54,660 nt of DNA, from NCBI GenBank assembly GCA_019750475.1, contig JAIEOO010000003.1:1-54660 (forward strand), in the 5' to 3' direction. The DNA is from Acetobacteraceae bacterium (GTDB lineage: Bacteria > Pseudomonadota > Alphaproteobacteria > Acetobacterales > Acetobacteraceae). Below, piece by piece: positions 1 to 9,271 of this stretch. The notes beneath the pieces were generated by a model. The model did no database searches. It worked only from the letters and a program-made list of their open reading frames with translations, and was not told where the DNA came from. Position numbers and translations under genes: made by a program. Position 1 is the stretch's first letter, and every line of letters begins with the position of its first letter.

Positions 1-1194
1 GCCCCGCCGCGCCCCGGCTCCGACGCCGCGGCGGTGGCCGGGCGCTGGCGCGGCCCGGTGCTGCCCTTCACCCCCTCGGAGGCCGCGCGGGCCGACCTCG
101 TGCTCGATGCCGTCTTCGGCGCGGGCCTCGCGCGGGATCTCGACGACGGCGTGCGCGCCGTGCTGGCCGCCGCGCGGCGCCTCGTCGCCGTGGACGTCCC
201 CTCCGGCCTCGACGGCGCGACCGGCCAGCCGCGCCCATGGGCGCCGCAGGCCGAGCTGACCGTGACCTTCTTCCGTCGCAAGCCCGGCCATCTGCTGCTG
301 CCGGGCCGCGACCTCTGCGGCGAGGTGGTGCTGGCCGATATCGGCCTGCCCGGCGCCGTCCTCACGGAGTTGCCGGCGCGATGTTTCGCCAACGGCCCCG
401 CGCTCTGGCGCCTGCCGGCGCCGGATGCCGCGACGCACAAGCACAGCCGCGGCCATGTCACGATCCTCGGCGGCGCGGCGATGACCGGGGCGGCCATCCT
501 CGCCGCGGATGCCGCGCGGCGCGCCGGCGCCGGCCTCGTCACCATCGGCTGCTCCGATCCCGCGGCGGCGACGATCTACCGCGTCGCCCAGCCCGGCGCC
601 CTGGTCGCCGAAGCCGCCGAGGACGCGCTGCTGCCCGCCCTCCTCGCCGATGGGCGGCGGCGCGTCTGGCTGCTCGGCCCCGGGCTGCCGCCCGATCAGC
701 CGACGCGCCTCTCGGTCGAGCGCGTGCTGGCGGCGGGGCGCAGCCTCGTCGCCGATGCCGGCGCGCTGAGCGCGTTCCAGGGGGAGGCCAAGGGGCTGAC
801 CGGCGCCGCGATCCTCACGCCCCATGCCGGCGAGTTCGCGGCGCTGTTCGGACCGCCGGGCGAGGACCGGATGGCGGCGGTGCGCGCCGCCGCCGCCGTG
901 ACGGGCGCCGTCGTCCTGCTCAAGGGCAGCGACACCATCGTCGCCGCGCCCGACGGCCGCGCCGCCATCAACCACAACGCGCCCCCATGGCTCGCCACCG
1001 GCGGCAGCGGCGACGTGCTGGCCGGCATCGCCGCCGCCCTGCTGGCGCAGGGCCTGCCCGCCTGGGACGCGGCCTGCGCCGCGGCCTGGCTCCAGGGCGA
1101 GGCCGCGCGCGCGGCCGGGCCCGGCCTGATCGCCGAGGATCTGCCGGCGCAGCTTTCGGGGTTTCTTCGGCCCGAAATCATGACTTCGTCTTGA
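1..1194 (+). CDS. nnr: Bifunctional NAD(P)H-hydrate epimerase/dehydratase (YjeF/Nnr), 5'-truncated by the window
   Basis: Frame open from base 1; YjeF_N motifs DAVFGAGL and AVDVPSG; dehydratase motifs HKHSRG, GPGL, DAGAL, TPHAGEF, LKG, ATGGSGDVLAG. Confidence 0.93.
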   Translation, partial: APPRPGSDAAAVAGRWRGPVLPFTPSEAARADLVLDAVFGAGLARDLDDGVRAVLAAARRLVAVDVPSGLDGATGQPRPWAPQAELTVTFFRRKPGHLLLPGRDLCGEVVLADIGLPGAVLTELPARCFANGPALWRLPAPDAATHKHSRGHVTILGGAAMTGAAILAADAARRAGAGLVTIGCSDPAAATIYRVAQPGALVAEAAEDALLPALLADGRRRVWLLGPGLPPDQPTRLSVERVLAAGRSLVADAGALSAFQGEAKGLTGAAILTPHAGEFAALFGPPGEDRMAAVRAAAAVTGAVVLLKGSDTIVAAPDGRAAINHNAPPWLATGGSGDVLAGIAAALLAQGLPAWDAACAAAWLQGEAARAAGPGLIAEDLPAQLSGFLRPEIMTSS

Positions 1195-1220
1195 CTTCGA
1201 CCGAAGCGCGAGAACACCTT
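1181..1220 (+). promoter_or_regulatory. Putative promoter/operator of the lipoprotein operon
   Basis: Direct repeat TGACTTCG at 1181-1188 and 1192-1199 (11-bp period) overlapping a -35-like TTGACT (1191-1196); weak -10; locally AT-rich. Confidence 0.35.
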
Positions 1221-1296
1221 TCCTCCATTGTCAGGCTTCCGTGACGCATCCGGCTCGATGCCCGGCGGCCTGACCAAACGGGAGGATCGGGTTGAG

Positions 1297-2718
1297 ATGA
1301 GGGCAAGCCACGCGCCGCGCTGGACGCGGACGCCAGCGTTCCGGGGCATCATCCTGGCGGCGGGCCTCGGCCTCGCCGCCTGCGCGCCGCAAGCGAATCC
1401 CGAGGCGCTCGCCGGGTTCCGGCAGAACCTCGCGACCGGCCAGTTCCAGACCGCGGCCACCATCGCCACCCAGCAGGCGGCCCCCAACGCCGAGGGGCGC
1501 GGCACCGAGCTGATGTGGTCGCTCAACGCGGGCGCGGCCGCCCTGCATGGCGGGGAGCACAACCGGGCCATCGCCATGCTCGACGGCGCCGAGGACCTGA
1601 TGCGCGCGCGGGAGGAGGCCAATTTCGACTGGGGCCAGACCTACCGCTTCGGCACCTATGACGCGGTCATGGTGAACGCCTACAAGGCCTTCGCCATGCT
1701 CGGCCGCGGCGACCGCGACGGCGCCCGCGTCGAGATGAACCGCCTCGAGGAGCGGCAGGCCCGCACGGCCGAGCGCTTCCGTCAGCTGATCGAGACCGAA
1801 CGGGCGCGGCTCGACGCGGAGGGGCGGCAGGACCGCACGCGCGGCACGGCCCTCGCGGCAGCGCAGGACAATCCGGCGGTGCGCGATCAACTCCAGGCTC
1901 TGGACACCTATCGGGGGTACCAGCCCTTCGTGAACCCCGCCGGGACCTATCTGCGGAGCCTGTTCCTGCTCAACACCGGCATCCCCGGGGATGCGGAGTC
2001 CGCCCGCAACGGCTTCCAGCGCGTCATCGGCGTCATGGGCAACCCGCGCGTCGTCGCCGAGGACATGGAACTGGCCCGCCAAGCGGCGCAGGGCCGTCGC
2101 AGCCCGCCGCAGGTCTGGGTCATCTTCGAGAACGGCCAGAGCCCGCTCTTCGAGCAGTTGAACTTCACCATTCCCGTGCCCGTCGCGGCCCCGCGCGGCG
2201 GCGTGGGCGTCAGCGTCGTCACCGTCTCGATGCCGCGCCTCGTCTTCCAGCCGAGCGCCTACGGCGCGCTCGAAGTGCGCGCGGGCAGCGGGCCGGGAGT
2301 CACCACGACGCTGGTCGGCAGCATCGAGGGCGTGATGGCGAGCGAGTTCCGCACCCGCTACAGCTCGCTGCTCGCCGCCGCCGTCTTCGAGGCGGTCGCC
2401 AAGGCCGTGGCCCAGTCCGCCGCCAACGTCGCCGCCGGGCAGGTCGGCGGCTTCGGCGGCCTCGCCATCCAGCTCGCGGCGCTGGCCGCGACCAACATCA
2501 CCCAGTCCGACACGCGCTCCTGGCACGCCCTCCCGCGCGAGTTCCAGGCGGCCCGCGTCCCCGTGCCCGCCAATGGCAGCCTGACCGTCAGCGCCATGGG
2601 CGGCCCGACCCAGAACGTGACGGTGCCGACCGGCCAGTCCTCGGTCGTCGTCGTGAAGGCGCAGGCGCCGGGCAGCCCGCTCACCATCCAGGTCTACCCG
2701 CTGGGAGGCGCCCGATGA
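1297..2718 (+). CDS. COG3014-family lipoprotein (helical TPR-like N-part, beta-rich C-part)
   Basis: GGAGG upstream of ATG 1297; lipobox LAAC; family-like segments YDAVMVNAYKA, ARVEMNR, VWVIFENG, DTRSWHALP. Confidence 0.75.
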   Translation: MRASHAPRWTRTPAFRGIILAAGLGLAACAPQANPEALAGFRQNLATGQFQTAATIATQQAAPNAEGRGTELMWSLNAGAAALHGGEHNRAIAMLDGAEDLMRAREEANFDWGQTYRFGTYDAVMVNAYKAFAMLGRGDRDGARVEMNRLEERQARTAERFRQLIETERARLDAEGRQDRTRGTALAAAQDNPAVRDQLQALDTYRGYQPFVNPAGTYLRSLFLLNTGIPGDAESARNGFQRVIGVMGNPRVVAEDMELARQAAQGRRSPPQVWVIFENGQSPLFEQLNFTIPVPVAAPRGGVGVSVVTVSMPRLVFQPSAYGALEVRAGSGPGVTTTLVGSIEGVMASEFRTRYSSLLAAAVFEAVAKAVAQSAANVAAGQVGGFGGLAIQLAALAATNITQSDTRSWHALPREFQAARVPVPANGSLTVSAMGGPTQNVTVPTGQSSVVVVKAQAPGSPLTIQVYPLGGAR

Positions 2719-3104
2719 CGAACCCCGCCCGCCGCGCCCTGCTGGCCGCGACGCCGGTCCTCGCGCTGCTCGCCGCCTGCGAGACGCCGCCGCCGCCGCG
2801 CCCGGCCGACCCGCGGCTGATCCTCACGCCGCCGGTGATGGGGCTGGGCGTCGGGCTGCCGCGCGTCGCACCCGGCCCCGATGGCCGGCTGCGCCTCAAC
2901 CTCGACATCGCCAACCCGGCCGGCGCCGACTTCCCGCTGCGCTACCAGGTGGACTGGCTCGACGAGACGGGCCGGCCGCTCTCCACCATCCAGTCCCGCC
3001 CGATCTTCCGCAGCCTCGCGCGTGGAACGATCACGACGATCGAGGCGGACGCGCCCAGCACCCGCGCCCGCGACTTCCGCATGACGCTCGATGTGGACGG
3101 TTGA
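2715..3104 (+). CDS. YcfL/DUF1425-family lipoprotein
   Basis: ATGA overlap with upstream stop; RR plus lipobox LAAC; LRYQVDWLDETG and APSTRARDFR match the YcfL pattern. Confidence 0.8.
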   Translation: MTNPARRALLAATPVLALLAACETPPPPRPADPRLILTPPVMGLGVGLPRVAPGPDGRLRLNLDIANPAGADFPLRYQVDWLDETGRPLSTIQSRPIFRSLARGTITTIEADAPSTRARDFRMTLDVDG

Positions 3105-3129
3105 GCCGCCCATGACCCCGGAGAACCCC

Positions 3130-3750
3130 ATGACCGCCCGCCGCAACCTCCTCCTCGGCTCCGCCGCCCTGCTCCTCGCCGCCTGCCAGCCGCAGGACAT
3201 GCCGACCACGCGCGTGGATCCGCGCAACGACCGCTCCCCCATCGGCATGGGCCTCGACAACCGCGACTTCGAGCAGGCGGCGCGCGAGCTCGTGCGCTCC
3301 ATGCTCGACAGCGGGCGGCTCCAGCCCCGGCCGGACGGCCAGCCGCGCGTCATGGCGATCAGCCGCATCACCAACGACACGACGCTGCGCATCAACACGA
3401 ACGAGCTGGTGCAGCTCGTCAGCGTCGAGCTGAACAATTCGGGCCGCGTGGTCACCACCACGGCGGTCGGCCTCGAAGGCCCGTCGGATCCGCTCGCCAT
3501 GGCGTCCCGCCAGCTGCGCCAGTCGGGCGAGTTCAACCAGCGCACCGTCGCCGCGCGCGGCCAGATGATCGCGCCCGACCTCAGCCTGTCGGGCAACATC
3601 ATCCAGCGCACCAACCGCGTGGATGGCGGCGCCCAGCGCATCGACTACGTCTTCCAGCTCAACCTGACGAACATCCGCACCGGCATCGCCCTGTGGCAGG
3701 GGCAGGAGGTGATCACGCGCGTCGGTTCCGGCCGGACGGTGATGTGGTGA
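3130..3750 (+). CDS. lpoB: LpoB-like (COG3417) outer-membrane lipoprotein
   Basis: GGAGA RBS; ARRNLL...LAAC lipoprotein signal; ITNDT, LSGNI, YVFQLNLTNIRTGIALW. Family call only; PBP-activator function is not established. Confidence 0.75.
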   Translation: MTARRNLLLGSAALLLAACQPQDMPTTRVDPRNDRSPIGMGLDNRDFEQAARELVRSMLDSGRLQPRPDGQPRVMAISRITNDTTLRINTNELVQLVSVELNNSGRVVTTTAVGLEGPSDPLAMASRQLRQSGEFNQRTVAARGQMIAPDLSLSGNIIQRTNRVDGGAQRIDYVFQLNLTNIRTGIALWQGQEVITRVGSGRTVMW

Positions 3751-4970
3751 TGCGCCGCACCGTCCCGAGCCTGTTCCGGGCGCTGTGGGGCGTGCTCGCC
3801 CTCCTGGCCGCGGCTCCCGCCGCCCTGGCGCAGGAGATCCCGGGCGGCGCCCGCTTCGTCACCACCACGGCCGAGGGCAGCGGCCCGACCCGCGACGCGG
3901 CGCTCACCTCGGCCCTGCTCTCCGCCGTGGAGCAGGTGACGGGCGGCGCCGTCGGCACGCGCGACGTCGTCAGCCGCGCCTTCGCCGCCATCCTGACCGA
4001 CCGCTCCGACACCTTCGTCGTGACCGAGAACGTCCGGCAGGAGATCGCCCGCGTCTCGGGCGGGCTGTTCCGCTCCTACCGGGTGGTCGATGTCCGGCAG
4101 GAGCCGCCCAACACCGTCGTCCGGATCGAGGCCGAGATCGCGGTCTTCCGCCCGACCCAGGACCAGGCGGTGACGCGCCGGCGCATCGCCGTCTCCGAGT
4201 TCCGGGACCAGAACGGCCGCCAGACCGAGTTCGGCACGCAGCTGCGGGAACGCCTCATCGCGTATCTGACGCAGTCGCGCCGCTTCGCCGTGCTCGATCG
4301 CACGCAGAACGCCGCCTATGACCGGGAGATGGCGCTGCTCGCCGCCGACGCGCCCGTGCAGGAGCGCGTGCGGATCGGCCAGGTGCTGGGAACGGACTAC
4401 CTCGTCGTCGGCCGCATGCGGAATGTCGGCCAGGTCCGGCAGGAGACCTACATCTCGATCACGGGCGAGACGGTGGTCCGGCAGTTCGCACGCGGCAACC
4501 TCGACTTCCAGGTGATCGAGGTGGCGACGCGGCAGGTCCTCTGGGCCAGCACCATCAACGCCGGCACGGCGGGGAACCTGACCCAGATCCTCGACACCAT
4601 GGCGACGCGGCTCGGGCGCGAGATCACCCAGACCGTCTACCCCATCCGCCTCGTCCGCATGGACAACCCGGAGGAGCTGATCCTCAACCAGGGCGGCGTG
4701 ACGGTGACCGACGGCCAGCGCTTCCGCGCCATGGTGCTGGGGGAGGAGATCTTCGATCCCTACACGCGGGAAAGCCTCGGCCGGACCGAGCGGGAGGTCG
4801 GGCTGGTCCAGGTCTACCGCGTGGATGACCGGCTCTCCTACGCGCGCCTCGTCGGCGGATCGCTCCCCGGGCCGGGCAACGACGTGGTGCTGCGCCTCGC
4901 CCCGCCGCCGCCCCCGCCACCGCCGCGCCCGCGCCCGGCGGCGGAGCGGAACCGCTCGATGTTCGACTGA
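3750..4970 (+). CDS. Exported FlgT/CsgG(HfaB)-like protein with LPP20/FlgT_N-like N-domain and poly-Pro tail
   Basis: TGATG coupling; SPI signal (AALA|QE); AEGSG..RDAAL..AL..AVEQVTG; IAVSEF, LTQSRRFAVLDR, GTDYLVVG; C-terminal DPYTRESLG; PPPPPPPP tail. Confidence 0.72.
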   Translation: MRRTVPSLFRALWGVLALLAAAPAALAQEIPGGARFVTTTAEGSGPTRDAALTSALLSAVEQVTGGAVGTRDVVSRAFAAILTDRSDTFVVTENVRQEIARVSGGLFRSYRVVDVRQEPPNTVVRIEAEIAVFRPTQDQAVTRRRIAVSEFRDQNGRQTEFGTQLRERLIAYLTQSRRFAVLDRTQNAAYDREMALLAADAPVQERVRIGQVLGTDYLVVGRMRNVGQVRQETYISITGETVVRQFARGNLDFQVIEVATRQVLWASTINAGTAGNLTQILDTMATRLGREITQTVYPIRLVRMDNPEELILNQGGVTVTDGQRFRAMVLGEEIFDPYTRESLGRTEREVGLVQVYRVDDRLSYARLVGGSLPGPGNDVVLRLAPPPPPPPPRPRPAAERNRSMFD

Positions 4971-4995
4971 GCTGTCCCGGGCGGGGCCGGGCAGG

Positions 4996-5026
4996 GGGCG
5001 GGTCCGTTCGGGCCCGCCCTTTTTCT
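4996..5026 (+). terminator. Rho-independent terminator of the lipoprotein operon
   Basis: GGGCGGGTCC-GTTC-GGGCCCGCCC followed by TTTTTCT. Confidence 0.85.
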
Positions 5027-5101
5027 TGGGCTTGGCCCAACCGTCACGCTGCGTTTCGGATTGTTTCCGTGTAGGTTCCCCGGAAGAGTCAGGAGCGCCC
5101 G

Positions 5102-6529
5102 ATGCCCGATCTGATCGTCGCACCATCCGCCGCTGGCCCCGAGGCGGCGGAAGGGCTGGTGGACCGCGCGCTGCGCCGCGTGACGGGCCTCTGGCGCGAC
5201 ATGGCCGAGCGCGTCGCCGGCCGCACGGAGCCCGAGGACATCGCCGCGCAGATGCGGGCCTGCCTGACCGGCAAGGGCGGCGAGGTGTCGGCGCGCGCCC
5301 GCGCGGCGCAGCTCGCGGCCGATTACCGCGGTCTGAAGCCGGAGGAGCGGCGCGCCTTCCTCAAGATCCTCGCCCATTTCGATGCCGACCCCGCCGCCGT
5401 CGAGAAGGCGGTGACGGCCTGGCAGAACGCGGCGGAGCCGGCGGACCGCGCGGCCGCCAAGGTCGCGCTGCGCCGCGCGCTGGAGCCGCCGCGCCTCAAG
5501 CTGCTGACGCAGTTCACCGCCATCCCGGACGGGGTGAAGCTGCTCGTCGACCTGCGCGACGACCTGCTGCGCCTGGCCGAGGGCGATCCCATGCTCTCCG
5601 CGCTGGAGGCCGACCTGCGCGGCCTGCTGGCCTCGTGGTTCGACGTCGGCTTCCTCGAGCTTCGCCGCATCGACTGGAACAGCCCGGCCTCGCTGCTCGA
5701 GAAGCTGATCCGCTACGAGGCGGTGCACCGGATCGAGAGCTGGGACGACCTCAAGAACCGCCTCGATTCCGACCGGCGCTGCTACGCCTTCTTCCACCCC
5801 CGCATGCCGGACGAGCCGCTGATCTTCGTCGAGATCGCCCTCGTCCAGGGCCTCGCCGCCTCGGTCCAGGCGCTGCTCGACCCCGACGCCGCCCCGCTCG
5901 ACCCGGCGAGCGCCGACACGGCGATCTTCTACTCGATCAACAACTGCCAGCGCGGCCTCGACGGCATCGCCTTCGGCAACTTCCTCATCAAGCGCGTGGT
6001 CGAGGTGCTGGGCGCCGAGTTCCGCGAGATCAAGAGCTTCGCCACGCTCTCGCCCATCCCGGGCTTCTGCCGCTGGCTCTCGGCGCGGGAGGAAGCCGCG
6101 GACGCGACGCTCGTCTCGCCGGAGGAAGCCAAGGCCCTGCGCGAGGCGGCCGGCGCCTCCGGCGAGACCTCGGGCCTGGCGGCGCTGGCGCTGCTCCTGG
6201 CGCGCAAGGACTGGATGTCGAACCCGGCCACCGCCAAGGCGATGGAGCCGGTGCTGACGCGGCTCGTCGCCCGCTATCTCGTGACGGAAGCCGGCCGGAA
6301 CCCGAAGCGGGCGCTCGACCCGGTGGCGCATTTCCACCTGTCCAACGGCGCCCGCGTCGAGCGGATCAACTGGCGCGGCGACGTGTCGGGGAAGGGGCTG
6401 CGCGAGAGCTGCGGGCTGATGGTCAACTACCTCTACGACCCCAAGGCCATCGAGGAGAACCACGAGGCCTATGCGGGGGAGGGGAAGCGCGCCACCTCCC
6501 CGGCCGTGCGGAAGCTGCTGAAGGGGTAG
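5102..6529 (+). CDS. Malonyl-CoA decarboxylase
   Basis: AGGAG RBS; LEKLIRYEAVH, DRRCYAFFHP, FYSINNCQRGL, GNFLIK, TLSPIPGF, DPVAHFHLSNGA, GLMVNYLY. Confidence 0.93.
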   Translation: MPDLIVAPSAAGPEAAEGLVDRALRRVTGLWRDMAERVAGRTEPEDIAAQMRACLTGKGGEVSARARAAQLAADYRGLKPEERRAFLKILAHFDADPAAVEKAVTAWQNAAEPADRAAAKVALRRALEPPRLKLLTQFTAIPDGVKLLVDLRDDLLRLAEGDPMLSALEADLRGLLASWFDVGFLELRRIDWNSPASLLEKLIRYEAVHRIESWDDLKNRLDSDRRCYAFFHPRMPDEPLIFVEIALVQGLAASVQALLDPDAAPLDPASADTAIFYSINNCQRGLDGIAFGNFLIKRVVEVLGAEFREIKSFATLSPIPGFCRWLSAREEAADATLVSPEEAKALREAAGASGETSGLAALALLLARKDWMSNPATAKAMEPVLTRLVARYLVTEAGRNPKRALDPVAHFHLSNGARVERINWRGDVSGKGLRESCGLMVNYLYDPKAIEENHEAYAGEGKRATSPAVRKLLKG

Positions 6530-6883
6530 GCGGGGGCGCGGCCCTCCGCGTGCCGACGCCGTCGCCCGGCCGAGCGCCGGGCCGGCCGGTCGCGCGCGAC
6601 GGGCGCTTCGGCGATCCCGCGCGACTGACCCGGCGCGACGGCGGCGGGCAGGGCCTCCGATGGCCGCGAGGCGGCGCTGACGCCGGGCATCACCGCCTGC
6701 CTCGGCGCAGACCCTGCGGCAGCTCCGGCGGACGCCGACGAAGCGGTCCTCGCGCTGCGGGCGGCCGCGGCCATGCTCCGGCCCAGGCTGGCGGTGCCCG
6801 CGATCGCCGCCACCTGATCCAGGGCCCTGGTCAGCCGCCCGCCACCCGGTATCTTCCAGCCCTCAGCCGGAGGAAAGCAGCGG

Positions 6884-9271
6884 ATGAACGTCCAGAATAT
6901 CGGCGCCCGGCTCGACAGCCCGGCGGACGCGGCCCGCATCGCCAAGCTGCACGCCATCGAGCGCAAGCTGCTCTGGCTTTCGGCCTGGATGATCCACCAC
7001 GCCAACCACATCCGTCCCAACCGGGACGGGCTGAAGGTGGGTGGGCACCAGGCCTCCTGCGCCTCCTGCGTGTCGATCCTCACGGCGCTCTATTTCGACA
7101 TCCTCCGCCCCGCCGACCGCGTCGCGGTGAAGCCGCATGCGGGCCCCGTCTTCCACGCCATCAACTACCTCCTCGGCCGGCAGAGCCGCGAGAAGCTGGA
7201 GACGCTGCGCCAGTTCGGCGGCATCCAGCCCTATCCCTCCCGCATCAAGGATGGCGGCGAGGTGGATTTCTCCACCGGCTCGGTGGGCCTCGGCGTCGCG
7301 CTCACCTCCTTCGGCTCGCTCGTGCAGGATTATGTCCGCCTGAAGAAGCTTGCCCCGGCCGAGCTTCCGGCGGGGCGCCACGTCGCCATCGTGGGCGACG
7401 CCGAGCTCGACGAGGGCAACATCTACGAGGCCCTGCTGGAGGGCTGGAAGCACGACATCCGCAACGTCTGGTGGGTGGTGGACTACAACCGCCAGAGCCT
7501 CGACAGCGTCGTGCAGGACCGCCTGTTCGGTCGGATCGAGGGGCTGTTCCGCGACATGGGCTGGAACGTCGTCACCCTCAAATACGGCCGCAGGCTTCAG
7601 GCGGCCTTCGCCCGCGAAGGGGGGGAGGCGCTGCGCCACTGGATCGACGACTGCCCCAACAGCCTCTACTCGGCGCTGACCTTCCAGGGCGGGGCCGCCT
7701 GGCGCAACGCCCTGCTGTCCGATCTCGGGCGCGAACCGGGCGTGCGCGCCATCATCGACCCGCTGTCGGACGACGAGCTGGCCGAGCTGATGAACAACCT
7801 CGGCGGCCACGACATCGAGACGCTGATGGAGGCCTTCCGCGAGGCCGATGCGCTCGGCGACCAGCCCACCTGCTTCATCGCCTACACCATCAAGGGCATG
7901 GGCCTGCCCTTCGCCGGCCACAAGGACAACCACGCCGGGCTGATGACGAAGGAGCAGATGGAGGGCTTCCGGGCCGCCATGGGCATCCGCCCCGGCCACG
8001 AATGGGACGCCTTCGAGGGCCTCGACCTCCCCGAGGCGGAGATGCGCGCCTTCATCGGCAGCGTCCCCTTCGCCGAGAGGCTGACGCCGGCGGGCCGCAG
8101 CCTCGCCGCGCCGACGATCCACGTCCCCGCCGCCTTCGCCGTGCCGACCGTCCCCGCGGGCCGCAAGCTCTCCACCCAGGCGGCCTTCGGCGAGATCCTG
8201 GCCGGGATCGGGCGGGGGCAGGGGGAGTACGCCGATCTCGCGTCGCGGATCGTCACCACCAGCCCGGACGTGACGGTGTCCACCAATCTCGGCCCCTGGG
8301 TGAACCGCCGCGGCATCTTCGACCGGCACCTCAAGAACGACGTCTTCCGCGACGCCAAGCTGGCCTCGGCCCAGCGCTGGGGCATGTCGCCCGAAGGCCA
8401 GCACGTGGAGCTCGGCATCGCCGAGCAGAACCTGTTCCTCGTGCTCACGGCGCTCGGCCTGGCCGACCGTCTCTACGGCGCGCGGCTGCTGCCGATCGGC
8501 ACGGTGTACGACCCGTTCGTCAATCGCGGCCTCGATGCGCTGATCTATGGCTGCTACATGGATGCGCGCTTCCTGCTGGTCTCGACGCCGTCCGGGCTGA
8601 CGCTGGCGCCGGAGGGCGGGCAGCACCAGTCGGTCAACACGCCGCTGATCGGCATGGCGCAGGACCGCCTCGCCTCCTACGAGCCCGCCTTCGCCGACGA
8701 GCTGGCCATCCTGATGCGCCACGCCTTCGCGCACATGCAGGCCGACAACGGCTCCTCCGTCTGGCTGCGGCTGTCCACGCGGGGCCTGCCGCAACCGGAG
8801 CGCAGGCTCGATCCGGACGCGGTCGTCGCCGGCGGCTACTGGGCCGTCCTGCCGGCCGAGGGCGCGCGCATCGCCATCGCATATCAGGGGCCGATCGCGC
8901 CCGAGGCCATGGCCGCCTTCGACGCCCTGCGGGAGGAGGAGCCGGGCGCAGGCCTCCTCGCCGTGACGAGCCCCGACCGGTTGCACGCCGGCTGGATGGC
9001 GGCCCGTCGCGCCGCGCGGCAGGGACCGGGCGCCGCGCCCTCCCACGTCGAGCGCCTGCTGGCGCCGCTCGCGCCCGGTGCGGGGCTCGTGACGCTGCTC
9101 GATGGCCATCCCGCCGCGCTCGACTGGCTCGGCGCGGTGCGGGGGATGCGGGTGGAGGCGCTGGGCGTGGACCGCTTCGGCCAGGCCGGCGACATCCCCG
9201 ACCTCTACGCGGAATACGGGCTGGACGAGGCCGCGATCCTGGATGCCTGCGCCCGGGTGCTGCTCGGCTAG
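6884..9271 (+). CDS. ThDP-dependent pyruvate dehydrogenase E1 (AceE)-like / transketolase-like protein
   Basis: GGAGG RBS; KVGGHQASCAS, STGSVGLG, ThDP-binding GDAELDEG...YNRQSLD, LGIAEQN, APEGGQHQS. Confidence 0.88.
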   Translation: MNVQNIGARLDSPADAARIAKLHAIERKLLWLSAWMIHHANHIRPNRDGLKVGGHQASCASCVSILTALYFDILRPADRVAVKPHAGPVFHAINYLLGRQSREKLETLRQFGGIQPYPSRIKDGGEVDFSTGSVGLGVALTSFGSLVQDYVRLKKLAPAELPAGRHVAIVGDAELDEGNIYEALLEGWKHDIRNVWWVVDYNRQSLDSVVQDRLFGRIEGLFRDMGWNVVTLKYGRRLQAAFAREGGEALRHWIDDCPNSLYSALTFQGGAAWRNALLSDLGREPGVRAIIDPLSDDELAELMNNLGGHDIETLMEAFREADALGDQPTCFIAYTIKGMGLPFAGHKDNHAGLMTKEQMEGFRAAMGIRPGHEWDAFEGLDLPEAEMRAFIGSVPFAERLTPAGRSLAAPTIHVPAAFAVPTVPAGRKLSTQAAFGEILAGIGRGQGEYADLASRIVTTSPDVTVSTNLGPWVNRRGIFDRHLKNDVFRDAKLASAQRWGMSPEGQHVELGIAEQNLFLVLTALGLADRLYGARLLPIGTVYDPFVNRGLDALIYGCYMDARFLLVSTPSGLTLAPEGGQHQSVNTPLIGMAQDRLASYEPAFADELAILMRHAFAHMQADNGSSVWLRLSTRGLPQPERRLDPDAVVAGGYWAVLPAEGARIAIAYQGPIAPEAMAAFDALREEEPGAGLLAVTSPDRLHAGWMAARRAARQGPGAAPSHVERLLAPLAPGAGLVTLLDGHPAALDWLGAVRGMRVEALGVDRFGQAGDIPDLYAEYGLDEAAILDACARVLLG

